From Octopus vulgaris (Eukaryota): 64,000 nt of DNA. The translations under genes and the position numbers were made by a program. Shown in pieces: positions 36,879 to 49,786 of the stretch. The notes below the pieces were generated by a model. It did no database searches and was not told the origin of the DNA. It saw only the letters and a list, made by a program, of their open reading frames with translations. The DNA lies in assembly GCA_951406725.2 (NCBI GenBank), contig OX597815.1, positions 205,282,001 to 205,346,000 of the forward strand, written 5' to 3'. The number at the start of each line of letters is the position of its first letter. Position 1 is the first letter of the stretch.

Positions 36879-37740
36879 TGTAAGGATCGTACGATGCGAG
36901 GTGACAAGAATGGCTCTTTAGTACATTACACGGTCGATACAATAAATATATAATTTAATAGTAGATATAAGTACCGGAGAGAAAATGGAGACACAACCGC
37001 GTGAGAATGATTAAAAGAAGATTTATTGATGTTAAAATGTGTCTGTACGCGCGTCATGTATACAGAATAATAGACAGGCTGTCATGAGAACAAAGTGTGT
37101 GTGCGTAAGCATAGTTGTATGCGCCTGTGTTTAAGTACATATAAGAATGGCAATGAAGAAGGGGAGAGTGAAAGAGTCTATAGCCATCGAAATGAGAAGA
37201 ATGTTCATAGACACAAGGATAAGAATATAAATTCGTAGTCAATTCGTACACGGTAGTTGAAATACTGCACCAAGAAGTTGCAGCCATGATGCTGAACCGG
37301 TTGCAGGTACATGTCGTACGTGAAGTCGCGGCTGTGATGCTGCTGTCTGGATTACTTGGTACAGGAGTTCTTGCAGGTTGTATATTCGCTGTTGATCCAT
37401 GGTGAAGTAATTCACAAATAGAGCAATGTTAGAACCTGGGCGAGTCGCTTGTTGAGCTGTGTACGTAGAGAGATGATGTTGACGACGTTGAAAACATGGC
37501 GGTGGTAACGAAAAAGGAGACTGCCGTAATGCTGTGGGAAGAAGTTGGTAAGTCTCAACGTGGCTGCTGTAGTGTCGTCGCTGGAACTGGCTGTGTCTGG
37601 AACCGAAAGACTTCGAACGGGGGAGAAAGTGAGTTTTTATAAGGAACAGTAGATTCAAACGGGTTTGCGAACAGGTTGTCCCAGGTGATCTTAGTTATAT
37701 GTGGCAGTTGACGCAATCGAGTAAGAGACAAATTGCGCCA
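36879..37740 (-). mobile_element. Probable solo LTR
   Basis: On the minus strand it starts TG and ends TTACA, with TATAAAA (about 37634-37640) and AATAAA (about 37022-37027). Homologous to 29812-30830 and 45290-45936. No TSD seen. Confidence 0.6.
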
Positions 37741-37997
37741 ATACCAACCAATCAGGCTAGTGGACACAACGGGATGCAAATAGCAGCCAAAGGCTAGCTG
37801 TTGCCTGCTACGTTCAAATGCACGTATGTATAATAAAGGAGATACGTGTATATAATAAAGGAGATAGAGGGATTTCACTTGAATGTACGCTACACCTTCG
37901 ATCAAAGGTCTTCCGATCAGTGTTGACCTGGGAATAAACAGCAATAACGGTTGTGGAAAAAAAATTCACGGTAAATTTTGTACCCGCAATTTTTTCT

Positions 37998-38465
37998 AAT
38001 TTTGGCACAAAGCCAGCAATTGTTTTAGGGGAAGTGGTAAGTTAGTTACATTGACCCAGGACTCAACTGCTTCTTAATTTATTCAGCCTGGAAGAGCGAA
38101 GTCAATCTCAGCAGAATTTTCACTCAGAACGTAACGAGCCGGAAGAAATACCGCTAAACATTTTGTCCGACGCGCTATCGATTCTGCCGACTCGCCGCCA
38201 TAAATTTCGACCCTATCATAAGTGATAACCAATATTCTTTGCCTATTAAGGCGGCGATCTGGTAGCATCGTCAGTACACTGGGCAAAAAATGCTAAGGGG
38301 CATTTCGTCCGTCCTTGCGGTCTGAGTTCAAATTCCAGCGAGGTCGACTTTGCCTTTCATTCTCTTGAGGTCGATAAATTAAGTACTAGTTGAGAACTGC
38401 GGTCGATGTAATCTATTTAACCCTTTCCCTGAAACTGCTGGCCTTGTGCCAAAATTTGAAACCAA
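37998..38465. mobile_element. Head-to-head pair of SINE family B copies (minus 37998-38200, plus 38248-38465)
   Basis: Both match family B and are separated by about 50 nt. Confidence 0.8.
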
Positions 38466-38699
38466 CATTCACACATATTCCTTGCCTGTAGATATTTGAA
38501 AATTCTTTCTTGATCTCATTTGTTTTACAAAAATATAATTATTTATTCAATGATTCAGAAAATATTTTTTCCGCCTAAAATAGTTTTCTTTTATTTTTAG
38601 AACTTTGCATAACTAAACAGTAGTTTGGCATTACTCTTTGACTAGCAAATAGAGCGCTGTATGTTAGCGAGCTGTATGCAAACGAAGCACTGTATGTAA

Positions 38700-39325
38700 G
38701 ATGGCGAGCTGGCAAAATCGTTAGTATGCTAGGCAAAATGATAAGCAGCATTTGGTCTGTCTTTACGTCTTGACTTAAAAATTCCACCGGGGTTGACAAT
38801 GCTTTTCATCCTTTCAGGGTCAATAAAATAAATACCTATTTCTTTACTACCCACAAGGTAGTAAACAGAGAGGACAAACAAGGACAGACAAACGGATTAA
38901 GTCGATTATATCGACCCCAGTGCATATCTGGTACTTAATTTATCGACCCAGAAAGGATGAAAGGCAAAGTCGACCTCGGCGGAATTTGAACTCAGAACGT
39001 AACGGCTGACGAAATACCTATTTCTTTACAACCCACAAGGGGCTAAACACTGAGAGGACAAACAAGGACAGACAAACGGATTAAGTCGATTATATCGACC
39101 CCAGTGCGTAACTGCTACTTATTTAATCGATCCCGAAAGGATGAAAGGCAAAGTCGACCTCGGCGGAATTTGAACTCAGAACGTAACGGCAGACGAAATA
39201 CCGCTAAGCATTTTGCGCCACGTGCTAACGATTCTGCCAGCTCGCCGTCGTGATAAAATATATACTAGTTGAGCTCTGGAGCCGATGTGATCGACTTATC
39301 CGCTCCCATGAAACTGCTGGCTCTG
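38700..39325 (+). mobile_element. SINE family B host copy containing a nested antisense dimeric SINE B (about 38836-39250)
   Basis: The host 5' half stops at ...gggtcaataaaataaatac and resumes at gataaaatatatactagttgagc. The insert has a duplicated 3' half. Confidence 0.85.
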
Positions 39326-40251
39326 AGAATGAACCACGAATTGAATCAGTTTTAAATTAAAATGAATGCTCGGAGCCTCTATTAAACCAATCCTGTTTTA
39401 AAACAAAAAAAAACATTTTGTACTAAAAAGCTTTTGTGGCAAAAGTTTGCTTTGGTTCCAATCGATAAAGTTACCAATAACGCTGATGTTGGGCATAATA
39501 AAAAATTATATAGAGACACTGCAAATAGAGATAAATATATTAGAGAACAGTGACAGTAATTACATGTAAAAGCGTAGGGGGGGGGGGGATATGAAGACGA
39601 TATAATCAAAGAGAATATAAACTACATTCGCTAGATTAGATATATAATCAAACAGAAAGCAAATGAATTGCCTGCAATGTAACTAGCTATAGGAGAGACA
39701 ATGGTTTTTGGAAACTAAACAATGAAATACAAAACAGGTACCTCGGACTGCGCCCAATGCATTTGAATGGGCCCTCCCATCAAATAAAAGGTAAAGTATA
39801 CGTTTAGAGCATTTCAGGATATTATAATGTTGAACCGGTCTTTGCAGCCTTCAAGTAAAAATTTACAAATGAAAGAAAACCAGAAATATACTATGTACTC
39901 TGAAATATTTCACGATAAAATTTGATAAATTAAACCAACAATGGGGATTTTGGATTTAGATGTGTATGTATGTATGTATGTATGTATGTATGTATGTATG
40001 TATGTATGTATGTATGTATGTACGTATGTTTGTATTCTTTTGGTGGAATATCCCGAAGCACACACATGAAGCTACGAATGATACCATGTAAATATTGGGT
40101 TGAAAACCTCTTTTGGAGAGAAAAAAGTCGAATGCAGTCCGTGGGACATGAACCCAATATTTACACGCTATTGGTTATAGCTTTATGAGCGCGCTTCGAG
40201 CTATTCCAGAGAAGAATTACTCCATGTTCTCTCGAAGGCTTATGACGTGAA

Positions 40252-40277
<26 letters not shown>

Positions 40278-40324
<47 letters not shown>

Positions 40325-40784
40325 ACTCACAAAAAAAAAAAGATGAAGACAGGTGGTGTAGACAACAAACAGATGTATTAGTTTAACGCTAGGGAAGTGA
40401 AAAAATCTTTAACATTTCGAGCCTACGCTCTTCCACAAGAAGGAACAAAGGAAGAAACAAGGAGATAAAATAAAGAATGTGTAGTGGCTAGCGTTAGCGG
40501 TTATAGTAACCGACTGAGGGATAAAATATCCGTATATACTATCAGTATCCGTTATCTGTAATAACCCCGGGTGATGGTGTGCAGGCACACCATACACATA
40601 GAGAGCAGATAACAAAAGGATAAACAAGAGTTTATGAGGAACCATTGCAAATAATTAGAAAATGGAAAAAAAAGTAGAATAACCAACACATCGATTGGAC
40701 CGCATTTATAGCATATTTATTAATACAAAGCATGACATAAGAATGACACTTTGTATGTGTGGGTTAATCTATGTTTTTCTTTAT

Positions 40785-40861
<77 letters not shown>

Positions 40862-40926
40862 CATATATATATGTATATATATATATATAGAGAGAGAGAT
40901 AGATAAATAGATAGATATACATATAT

Positions 40927-41000
<74 letters not shown>

Positions 41001-41457
41001 ATAAAGAAAAACATAGATTAACCCACACATATAAAGTGTCATTCTTATGTCATGCTTTGTATTAATAAATATGCTATAAATGCGGTCCAATCGATGTGTT
41101 GGTTATTCTACTTTTTTTTCCATTTTCTAATTATTTGCAATGGTTCCTCATAAACTCTTGTTTATCCTTTTGTTATCTGCTTCTCTATGTGTATGGTGTG
41201 CCTGTACACCATCACCCGGGGTTATTACAGATAACGGATACTGATGGTATATACGGATATTTTATCCCTCAGTCGGTTACTATAACCGCAACGCTAGCCA
41301 CTACACATTCTTTATTTTATCTCCTTGTTTCTTCCTTTGTTCCTTCTTGTGGAAGAGCGTAGGCTCGAAATGTTAAAGATTTTTTCACTTCCCTAGCGTT
41401 AAACTAATACATCTGTTTGTTGTCTACACCACCTGTCTTCGTCTTTTGTTTTTTTTT

Positions 41458-41521
<64 letters not shown>
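40278..41521. repeat. 1.2-kb near-perfect palindrome: two ~470-bp unique arms around a (TA)n spacer, probably Penelope-like terminal sequence
   Basis: 40322-40792 is the reverse complement of 40993-41466, with only about four transitions and small indels seen by eye. The flanking (TA)n(GA)n / (CT)n(TA)n tracts extend the symmetry. The ORF track shows the same peptides on both strands. Confidence 0.9.
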
Positions 41522-41533
<12 letters not shown>

Positions 41534-41576
41534 TTACATATATATATTTATTTATTTATTTATATATATATATGTG

Positions 41577-41619
<43 letters not shown>

Positions 41620-41959
41620 AATATGTATGTATGTATGTATATATATATAATTTCTTCCTACATTAATACAGAAGATATTCATGCAATACAAGAAGAAGAA
41701 ATCTATATGAAACCATGTATATTATAGGCGCAGGAGATCTTCCGAAATTCACATTAAAACTGATTTTACACATCAGTGTATATTCTTGTTGCCGCAGTAT
41801 GTTTTTTCATCTCTCGCGCCGGGTGGTTGAATACGTAGCTGTAAAAACGACAATGCGGCGAGAGCGACATCTACCGAGAAGCGGATCACTCTGCCCTTTT
41901 CGCGCTAAAATGAGCTGTACTTGTAGGCTCTGTCCATAAAAAGTTCTAGTCATGTCGCC

Positions 41960-43110
41960 AGACTATCACGTGAACAAAAAGGATTGATTCATTTATAGTT
42001 TTGAAAGTGTTCTCTTTGTACTTCAGAATGATGTCTCTTTTGTAATATGGCTTTCCACTCATGAATGATAGCTACCTCATTTTGTATTCAGGTGCATTAA
42101 ATGACGTGCATATTCTACAGAAAGTCTCCTGTCTTCTGTTAATGACAATTTGAAACTCCAAAATGGAAGCAGACGCCAAGGCATGCATGAAACTTCTGAA
42201 ACTGCTGTGCTTTGCATAGGACCAAATCTTGAAGTTTAAGAATTAAGTCAAACTTTGTACCTGGGGTGATGGTGTTTTAAATTTTGAACCTATCTCTTTA
42301 AGTCATTATCAAACGTACAGTTGAGGTGTCGGGGATTTTCTTTGGGGATGGGCCACTTGTTTTAAAATGCTAGCATGCACTTATGTTGCCCCTGTACTTA
42401 AAATGTTGTCATCTACTTAAAATATTGGCATTAATACCCCTTCTCAGATCATGTTGGCTTCAAACGAAGACATTTGAAAAGCAGAGTTATATTTTCTTAC
42501 GCTCCTCAAAAAGTTCATGGATTTCTCGGTTGCAGCAGTAAAAAGCTCTTTTAGGGGCTCTGGAAGATTAGAAATTCAGCAAGGACATTGCATGTGTCCC
42601 TTGATCCCATTTATTGACAAAGAACTTTGTACAAATTTTGGATACAGTATCAAATGAAACTATTTTTCAGAAGCATAATCATGCCGAGGTCCATAGTTGA
42701 AGAGATATCTTTTCTAGAGCTTCTGTAAGTACGAGCGAGATTTATTTTCTGCTTCTTTTGCTCTTTGAGTTTCTTACCTGCACTGGTGCTGTTGTGGGTG
42801 TTTCATAGTGTCTATGCGCAACCTATGTAGCAGCATACTGTTGAAGGCAAACCTATCGTTCGTTAGGTATCTCTAGTTGTCTATGAATAGCTTGTCTGAT
42901 AGCATAATCCGTAGTGATCATAATAAAGATTTTAGCTTGTCTGATAGCATTTTGCTTAAGGCGAGTGTCACTTGGACGATTGGCTCGAAGTTTTCTGAGA
43001 GCTGCCTTCCTGAAAGCGTTGGCTTAAAGTCTTTGTTGATGCTGTCCATTTGTTTCTGCTGCCCTAAGAGCATACCTGTATTTAGTTGTAGAAGATGTAG
43101 ATGAGGCAAA
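41960..43110 (-). mobile_element. Helitron RepHel pseudogene fragment (N-terminal region)
   Basis: Minus strand reads 'LPEPLKELFTAATEKSMNFLRSVRKYNSAFQMSSF' and 'FNAPE...KRDIIL', with upstream 'RAAETNGQHQQRL'. These match the RepHel N-terminal IRKYNSAFQMTSFG pattern. Confidence 0.8.
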
Positions 43111-43180
43111 CCTTTCCTGTGGTAATATTTCATAGAAGCAAATTACTAAAGAAGCAATTGTATACAAGTGTCCATACCTT

Positions 43181-43615
43181 AGGCGCAGGAGTGGCTGTGT
43201 GGTAAGTAGCTTGCTAACCAACCACATGGTTCCGGTTCAGTCCCACTGCGTGGCACCTTGGGCAAGTGTCTTCTACTATAGCCTCGGGCCGACCAAAGCC
43301 TTGTGAGTGGATTTGGTAGACGGAAACTGAAAGAAGCCCGTCGTATATATGTATATATATATATATGTGTATGTGTGTGTGTTTGTGTGTCTGTGTTTGT
43401 CCCCCTAGCATTGCTTGACAACCGATGCTGGTGTGTTTACGTCCCCGTCACTTAGCGGTTCGGCAAAAGAGACCGATAGAATAAGTACTGGTCTTACAAA
43501 GAATAAGTCCCGGGGTCGATTTGCTCGACTAAAGGCGGTGCTCCAGCATGGCCGCAGTCAAATGACTGAAACAAGTAAAAGAGTAAAAGAGTAAAGAGTA
43601 AAAGAGTTAAGAGTA
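43181..43615 (+). mobile_element. SINE family A, full length
   Basis: Consensus-like copy; short TSD atacct. Confidence 0.9.
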
Positions 43616-45289
43616 TACCTGTTATGCCTGGAATGAAAGAAGTTTTATGATGAAAGAACAAGCAAGTAGCTACATGAACCATTGACTTTGTAGAATGAAA
43701 TTGCCACTGATTGGTGCTGATCTGTGGCTTTAAGGCTAAAGAGAAGTCGTGAAATGTGGTTTCAAGAAATGTAAGACGGAAAGGATTTGAGTGACAGAAT
43801 GCAGATAATGGAGATAACGTCTTTTTGTGACATATTTTTAAAATAACTTTTTATGTCAAACCTCTGAAGACACTGACAAATTTTTATGAAGTGAGAAGAA
43901 ATTGTGAAAGTAAAGTCGAGAGAGAAAGGGACGAGGGTGGGGGGAATTGTGAGAAATGAATATAGTCCAGCTAAAAGAATGCAGTTTTCTACTTTCCTTC
44001 TCTCTTTTTTTTTTATTGATTTTACTCAATCCACTTTTTTTACCTTCTTGTCTACAGCTCATGTTTCTTGTGCTTTAGACGCTGGCAAATATGAGGAGCA
44101 GTGAGAGTTGAGAGAAGAAGAAGAGAGAAAGAGGGAGCGTTAGAGAGAAAGAGAGACAGGAAGAGAGAGAGATAAACAGAGAGAGAGAGAGAGAGTGAGA
44201 CATGGACAGACACAGATAAACAGAGAGCGTTCGTAACAAGTAGCAGTCACTAACGAAAACGAAGGAATAAGAGAGCGTAAAAGGGGAAAATGAAAAAGAG
44301 AAACATATTGAGAGAGAGAGGGGGAGGGAAGAGGGAGCATATAATAAAAGAAAGAGAATGAGGAATAGGAGAAGTAAAACATAGATCTGAAGGAGGTAAC
44401 AACAGAGGAACAAACGATTGTTACATAAAAATGAAAGAATGGGCGGACAATCAGACAAGACACGCATGCAAAAAATACTCTTAAAGATATGTATTAGATA
44501 TATACTTACCATAATTTCTTTGGTTCAAACCGGGAGGCCCTTCATATTATACATCTGAAACTAGAACCATCTGCAAATTATAGATATCATGCGTTTTAGT
44601 GACTGCACGAAGAACGTTCATAACCTAATGTTCCGCGTGTTCAATATGCGTCTTTCTGTCTCTATTAACAAGATTCTAAACTTGAAACATTTGGAGAGTT
44701 AAAGTATTCTTAGGCACCTATTAATTATTTGTTTAAAAAATGTTGTAGGAAATTCATAAACTTTTACTAACGTTATAGCATATTCTGAATTCCAGAAATG
44801 AATAATTTTTAACCCAGAGATAAGCAAAATGTCTTTAACCTGCAATACTGACCTACTTATGACTTTGAGAGTGTTATTTATGACGTAGACTCATCATCGC
44901 CCAGCTGCTGGACACAACGGCTGGTGGTCTGGCAAAGACAAATAGCGCCAGACTTAGTCTGAGATATGAAACGAGTATGCTCGTTAATTTGAATCTGGGT
45001 TGAGCGCTGCAGGGATTGGATTCCTTGCCTATTTCAACCCTTTAATTTTTCCTTCTTAGAATTTAAGCCTTTTATCCATAACATACGGTAAGCGCGCGCA
45101 CAAACACACGTCGTCGTCATCATCATCATCATTATCATCATCATTTAACGTCCGTTTTCCATGCTGTCCTAGGTTAGACGGTTTGACTGGGACTGGGGAG
45201 CTGCACTAGGCTCCATTCATCTGTTTAGGCTTTGGTTTCTCCTAATGCCAACCACTTTACAGGGTTTACCGAATGTTTTTTACGTATCA

Positions 45290-45936
45290 CACAGCCAGTT
45301 CCAGTGACAACACAACAACATCCACATGGAGGCGCATCAACACTCGACCAACAGCATACGGCAATCTCCTTCTTCGTCGCCTTCATCTTAACGTCGTCAA
45401 CACCATCTCTCTACCTACACAGCAACCAGCAACCCTCGCAAAGGTTCTATCTCAACACTGTTAGTGAATTACTTCCCCATGGTTAACAGCAACACCACCT
45501 GCGAGAACTCCTGTAACAAGTAACCGACAGCATTGTAGCCACCACTTCCACGTGCCTCAACTGGGTCTGCATTGTAGTCACAACTTCTTATTACAGCACT
45601 TCAACTATCGTGTACCTGACTACAAACTGGTATTTATCCTCCTTGTGTTTGAACATTCTTCTAGCGTCCTATTATAGACTCTTTCAATACTCTGTATTTA
45701 ATGCACACACATACACTTTGTATACATGACGGCCTGTCTATTATTATGTATATATATGACGCATACACACACATGTTAACATATAAATAAAATCTTCTCT
45801 TAAACATTCCACTCAGTTATGTCTCTCTTTTATTCTGGCACTTGTACTCATTCATACTTTTCGTATTTATTGTATCGACCGTGCGATGTACTAAAGGTGC
45901 CATTCTCGTCATCTCTCCTTCGCACGGTCCATTACA
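45290..45936 (+). mobile_element. Partial copy of the LTR-like family
   Basis: Ends tattgtatcgaccgtgcgatgtactaaaggtgccattctcgtc...ccattaca, homologous to the reverse complement of 36879-36945. Confidence 0.6.
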
Positions 45937-46070
45937 AAGTTGTGTACCAAACCGCATGTCATGTTCCAGATGGACAGTTTTCACAAAAATCATGATTTTA
46001 CAAACAATACTTTAGCATTGCTGTGCACATTCTGGGAAGGATTAACATATCATTGGGAACTAGTCATAGA

Positions 46071-46503
46071 GGATCTTTTCGGTTTGAACGGCAGTTTTTT
46101 CTAGCGGTGTCATATGAAATTGTCACCCATAATTATGACCCTAGTATCGATCTATTGCATTTCAATCTGTTTTAGGGTTAGGGTTAGTTAGGGTTAAGGT
46201 TAGGGGTGGGGGAAGGGTATCTTTTTTGCTTCGGAAATGTAAATAAACCCAATCTGTTTCTCAAACGAGGGACATATTCATACGGCACAGAATGTTCTTT
46301 ACCTCAATAGACGTCAGTGATTGGTTGAAATTGCAGAAATTGAAGAAAAAAACACAACAAATATCTTACAAACTATAGAATTTTCTCAATAAAGCCAAGA
46401 GAAAAAGATGTTTTATAAACACATTCTACCAGTATACGAAGTTTAAATTTTTTTAGTTACCTAGAAATTATGTTAAAAACTGCCGTTCAAACCGAAAAGA
46501 TCC
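46071..46503. mobile_element. Merlin-like MITE, 28-bp TIR GGATCTTTTCGGTTTGAACGGCAGTTTT, internal (TTAGGG)n
   Basis: Matching TIRs; degenerate 8-bp TSD gtcataga/gtcatatc; a second copy lies in opposite orientation at 49373-49786. Confidence 0.85.
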
Positions 46504-46907
46504 GTCATATCTTCTTGTATGTGATTAAAATAGTTTTAAAGGCATTAGGGACCTATTTGAAATTAACATGCTCAAACTGAGAATTGAAATAGAAATACCC
46601 TGCTGGGCTGCTTCACTACAGTCAAAAGACTAATCAACTATTGTTAGGGTTGATACATTTCCTGATTAGACTCAAGTGCAGCATATCTGAGGTGTTAAAC
46701 TTAAGGGTTGCTTCTAAGTACACATTTAATTACTGCAATACTATATAGGTCTGCAGAATGGAGTTAACGAACAAGAATAATTAGACTCGAAGATTCCCAT
46801 TCACTATGCGCTTATTTGTACTATATGGCCCTACATCAGTCTTTCCCTATATCTTCCTTCTTCCCTTCCTATCTTTCTTTCTTTATTTATTTATTTCTTT
46901 CTTTCCT

Positions 46908-46947
<40 letters not shown>

Positions 46948-47042
46948 TCAGAATTAGTCATACAGGATCCAAACTGTTTGTTCGTAGAACAAAAGCGTGT
47001 GAGAACTCCCATTTCCTTTCATTGAAGAATCACTGAAGCTCG

Positions 47043-47122
<80 letters not shown>

Positions 47123-47304
47123 CATTATTATCGTCGTCGTCGTCGTCATCGTTCCGCTGAGGTCGACTTTGTCTTTCATCCTTTCGGAGTCGATAAATTA
47201 AGTATCAGTCAAGTACTGGGGTCGATGTGATCGACTAGTCCCTTCCCCACAAATTTTAGGCCTTGTGTTTATAGAGGAAAGGATTATTATCATTATCATT
47301 ATTG

Positions 47305-47860
47305 ATTGAGAGAGTAGTGCATGCCACCAAAGTGACACTGGGGTAAAGTATACGAAGACCAACGTACCCATCATGACAACCCGTCTGATAAGGATACACC
47401 AGGCACATGCATCACAACCATATGTGCGCGACATGGTAATCTCATATCAAGATAAACAGCGCATAACCTTGCAGATGGAGCCCAGTTAGAATTTTCTTCT
47501 GGTCGAGTAGCCCATCCCGCTCAAAAGGTCCCTGAATAAGGGTTGTTTAAGGATGATGAACAAAACACACGTTTCCAAAGATGAATTATCCAAACCACAG
47601 AGCATTCCTCTCAACACATGGCTTGGGTGCTCCCCAACTACTTCTGCTCGTGATCAGAGATGCACATATCGTCAGCCACGAAGGGACATGCTCAACTGGT
47701 TAAGGTCAAACAACTGACAAGCAAATCTGTGGATATTGAGCCGAATATTTGCTGTAGCCCATCTTTTATACCAAGACAAAACAATGTACATGATAACACT
47801 TCCAATCAGTTGAGAACAAAAGCCATGATAGCCACTGTCTGGTACTGCATCATGGCATTT
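47305..47860 (-). mobile_element. Family D repeat flanked by (ATT)n on both sides
   Basis: Collinear with 9075-9590 and 54908-55458. Confidence 0.8.
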
Positions 47861-47864
47861 ATCA

Positions 47865-47952
<88 letters not shown>

Positions 47953-47960
47953 CATCATCA

Positions 47961-48046
<86 letters not shown>

Positions 48047-48068
48047 GTTGTTGTTGTTATTATTATTT
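47860..48068. repeat. (ATT)n microsatellite; another lies at 47043-47130
   Basis: Directly visible. Confidence 0.95.
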
Positions 48069-48518
48069 TTGCCGCCATACTGTAAAGTCACGGAAACTTG
48101 GAGCTCCGTAAGTTGAAAAAGTGTTTGTAATCTTTTCGGCCTTCTAAGGTCCTTGCTCATTTTTATTGTTACCATTGCAATCCGGAAATTGTGTGCAGTG
48201 TGCAGATAGTATTTTTATGTAGAAATACCTCCTGTTTTGCTGGGGATACGCATCAATAATTTTTGAATTCTAACTACTTACGGCAATAGTGAATATTTTG
48301 CAATTTTCTTTAATCATTTAAAAATAGCTGACAAAGTTCCTCGTAAAAAAATGAGAACAAAGATATCGAATGGCCTAAATTTAATGACGTCACCGAGGCG
48401 AATAATGTTTCGTCTCTAAGCAACGTCAAAACTTTCGGTATGGAAAACGAGAACAACAACAACAGTAACAACAACAACAGCAGTAACAACAACAACAGCA
48501 ACAACAATACGAATGATA

Positions 48519-48908
48519 TCTATATATATAAAGCTGAAGTTGTCTGTGTGTGGCAGGTTTGGTAGCCTTCAACTAACACTATCTCCTCCGAGACCCTGCG
48601 GCGCAAGTTGACCAAAATTGAGAGTATGATAGAAGAAGGCTTGCTCTTCCTTCCGTAGAAGAAAAAATTCAAATCAGACCATGTTAACACCGAAAAATAT
48701 TTACATCAAAAAGGTGCTTTTTTTCTATGAAAATCCCTATAATTTACAATTTTTTGACTGCTGTGTCGTCATTTTTCTATGTATTTCAACCAGAAAAATG
48801 TTCACTTAAAGAGAATAACAAGCTACATAATGCAAAATTTTTACTTTTCAAAAATTCCAATTCTAAAGGGTCGAAACAAACCCGAGCAACGCCGGGCGAT
48901 ACTGCTAG
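48519..48908 (+). mobile_element. Non-autonomous Helitron nested in Tx1 ORF1
   Basis: a|TCtatatatataaagctgaagttg ... cccgagcaacgccgggcgatactgCTAG|t. Confidence 0.9.
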
Positions 48909-49372
48909 TGAAAAATATAAACGTGAATATTCCCTCCGCGTCTTTTGCTTTTGCGGCGAGAAATATGGAAAATTTCCGCATAGATGAAGGTTTAAAACTG
49001 GCGAGGAAAATTGTTAAAAGGAATGGTAGGAGGGTAACTTTAAACGCTCCATCCGACGTAATAGAGAACATCTTAAGATGCACGGCAACATACCATTGCA
49101 TCGGAGTCAAGTCTCGGCGGATGGGAAATGCTCCTGAGAGCGAAATACAAAAATGCTTCGGAAAGCGTGTGGGAACAAAAGACCCACATCACCCGAGGGA
49201 AGAATATTGGAACTATTGAGGTGAGATTTGGGACGGAAGAAGAAGCCAGGTGTAATTCTGCGACCACTTTGAGAAATGACAACTTCTTAATCCCCAGCTA
49301 TCGCGGCCAGCGTCTTGGCAAGATTAGGGTGTTGAATGTGCTGTCAGAAATATCCACCTGGTTAGTGACAGC

Positions 49373-49786
49373 GGATCTTTTCGGTTTGAACGGCAGTTTT
49401 CAAAGTAATTTCCACGTAACTAAACACTTTTAAACTTCGTATACTGGTAGAATGTGCTTATATAACATCTTTTTCTCTTGGCTTTATTGAGAAAATTCTA
49501 TAGTTTGTAAGATATTTGTTGTTTTTTTCTTCAATTTCTGCAATTTCAACCAATTAATGACGTCTATTGAGGTAAAAACATTCTGTGCCGTATGAATATG
49601 TCCCTCGTTTAAGAAACAGATTGGGTTTATTTACATTTGTGAAGAAAAAAAAGATACCCTTCCCCCCACCCCTAACCCTAACCCTAAAAGAGATTGAAAT
49701 GCAATAGATCGATACTAGGGTCATAATTATGCGTGACAATTTCATGACACCGCTAGAAAAAACTGCCGTTCAAACCGAAAAGATCC
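49373..49786. mobile_element. Merlin-like MITE nested in Tx1 ORF1
   Basis: GGATCTTTTCGG TIRs; perfect 8-bp TSD GTGACAGC at 49365-49372 and 49787-49794; (CCCTAA)n at 49669-49686. Confidence 0.9.

Noticed and set aside
46172-46205. Relic of a telomere fusion
   Set aside because: The TTAGGG runs are short and lie inside TIR-bounded MITEs.
47660-48175. Poly-Ile and poly-Asn ORFs, and similar poly-Pro/Val/Gly ORFs at 56796-57252
   Set aside because: Trinucleotide microsatellite artefacts.
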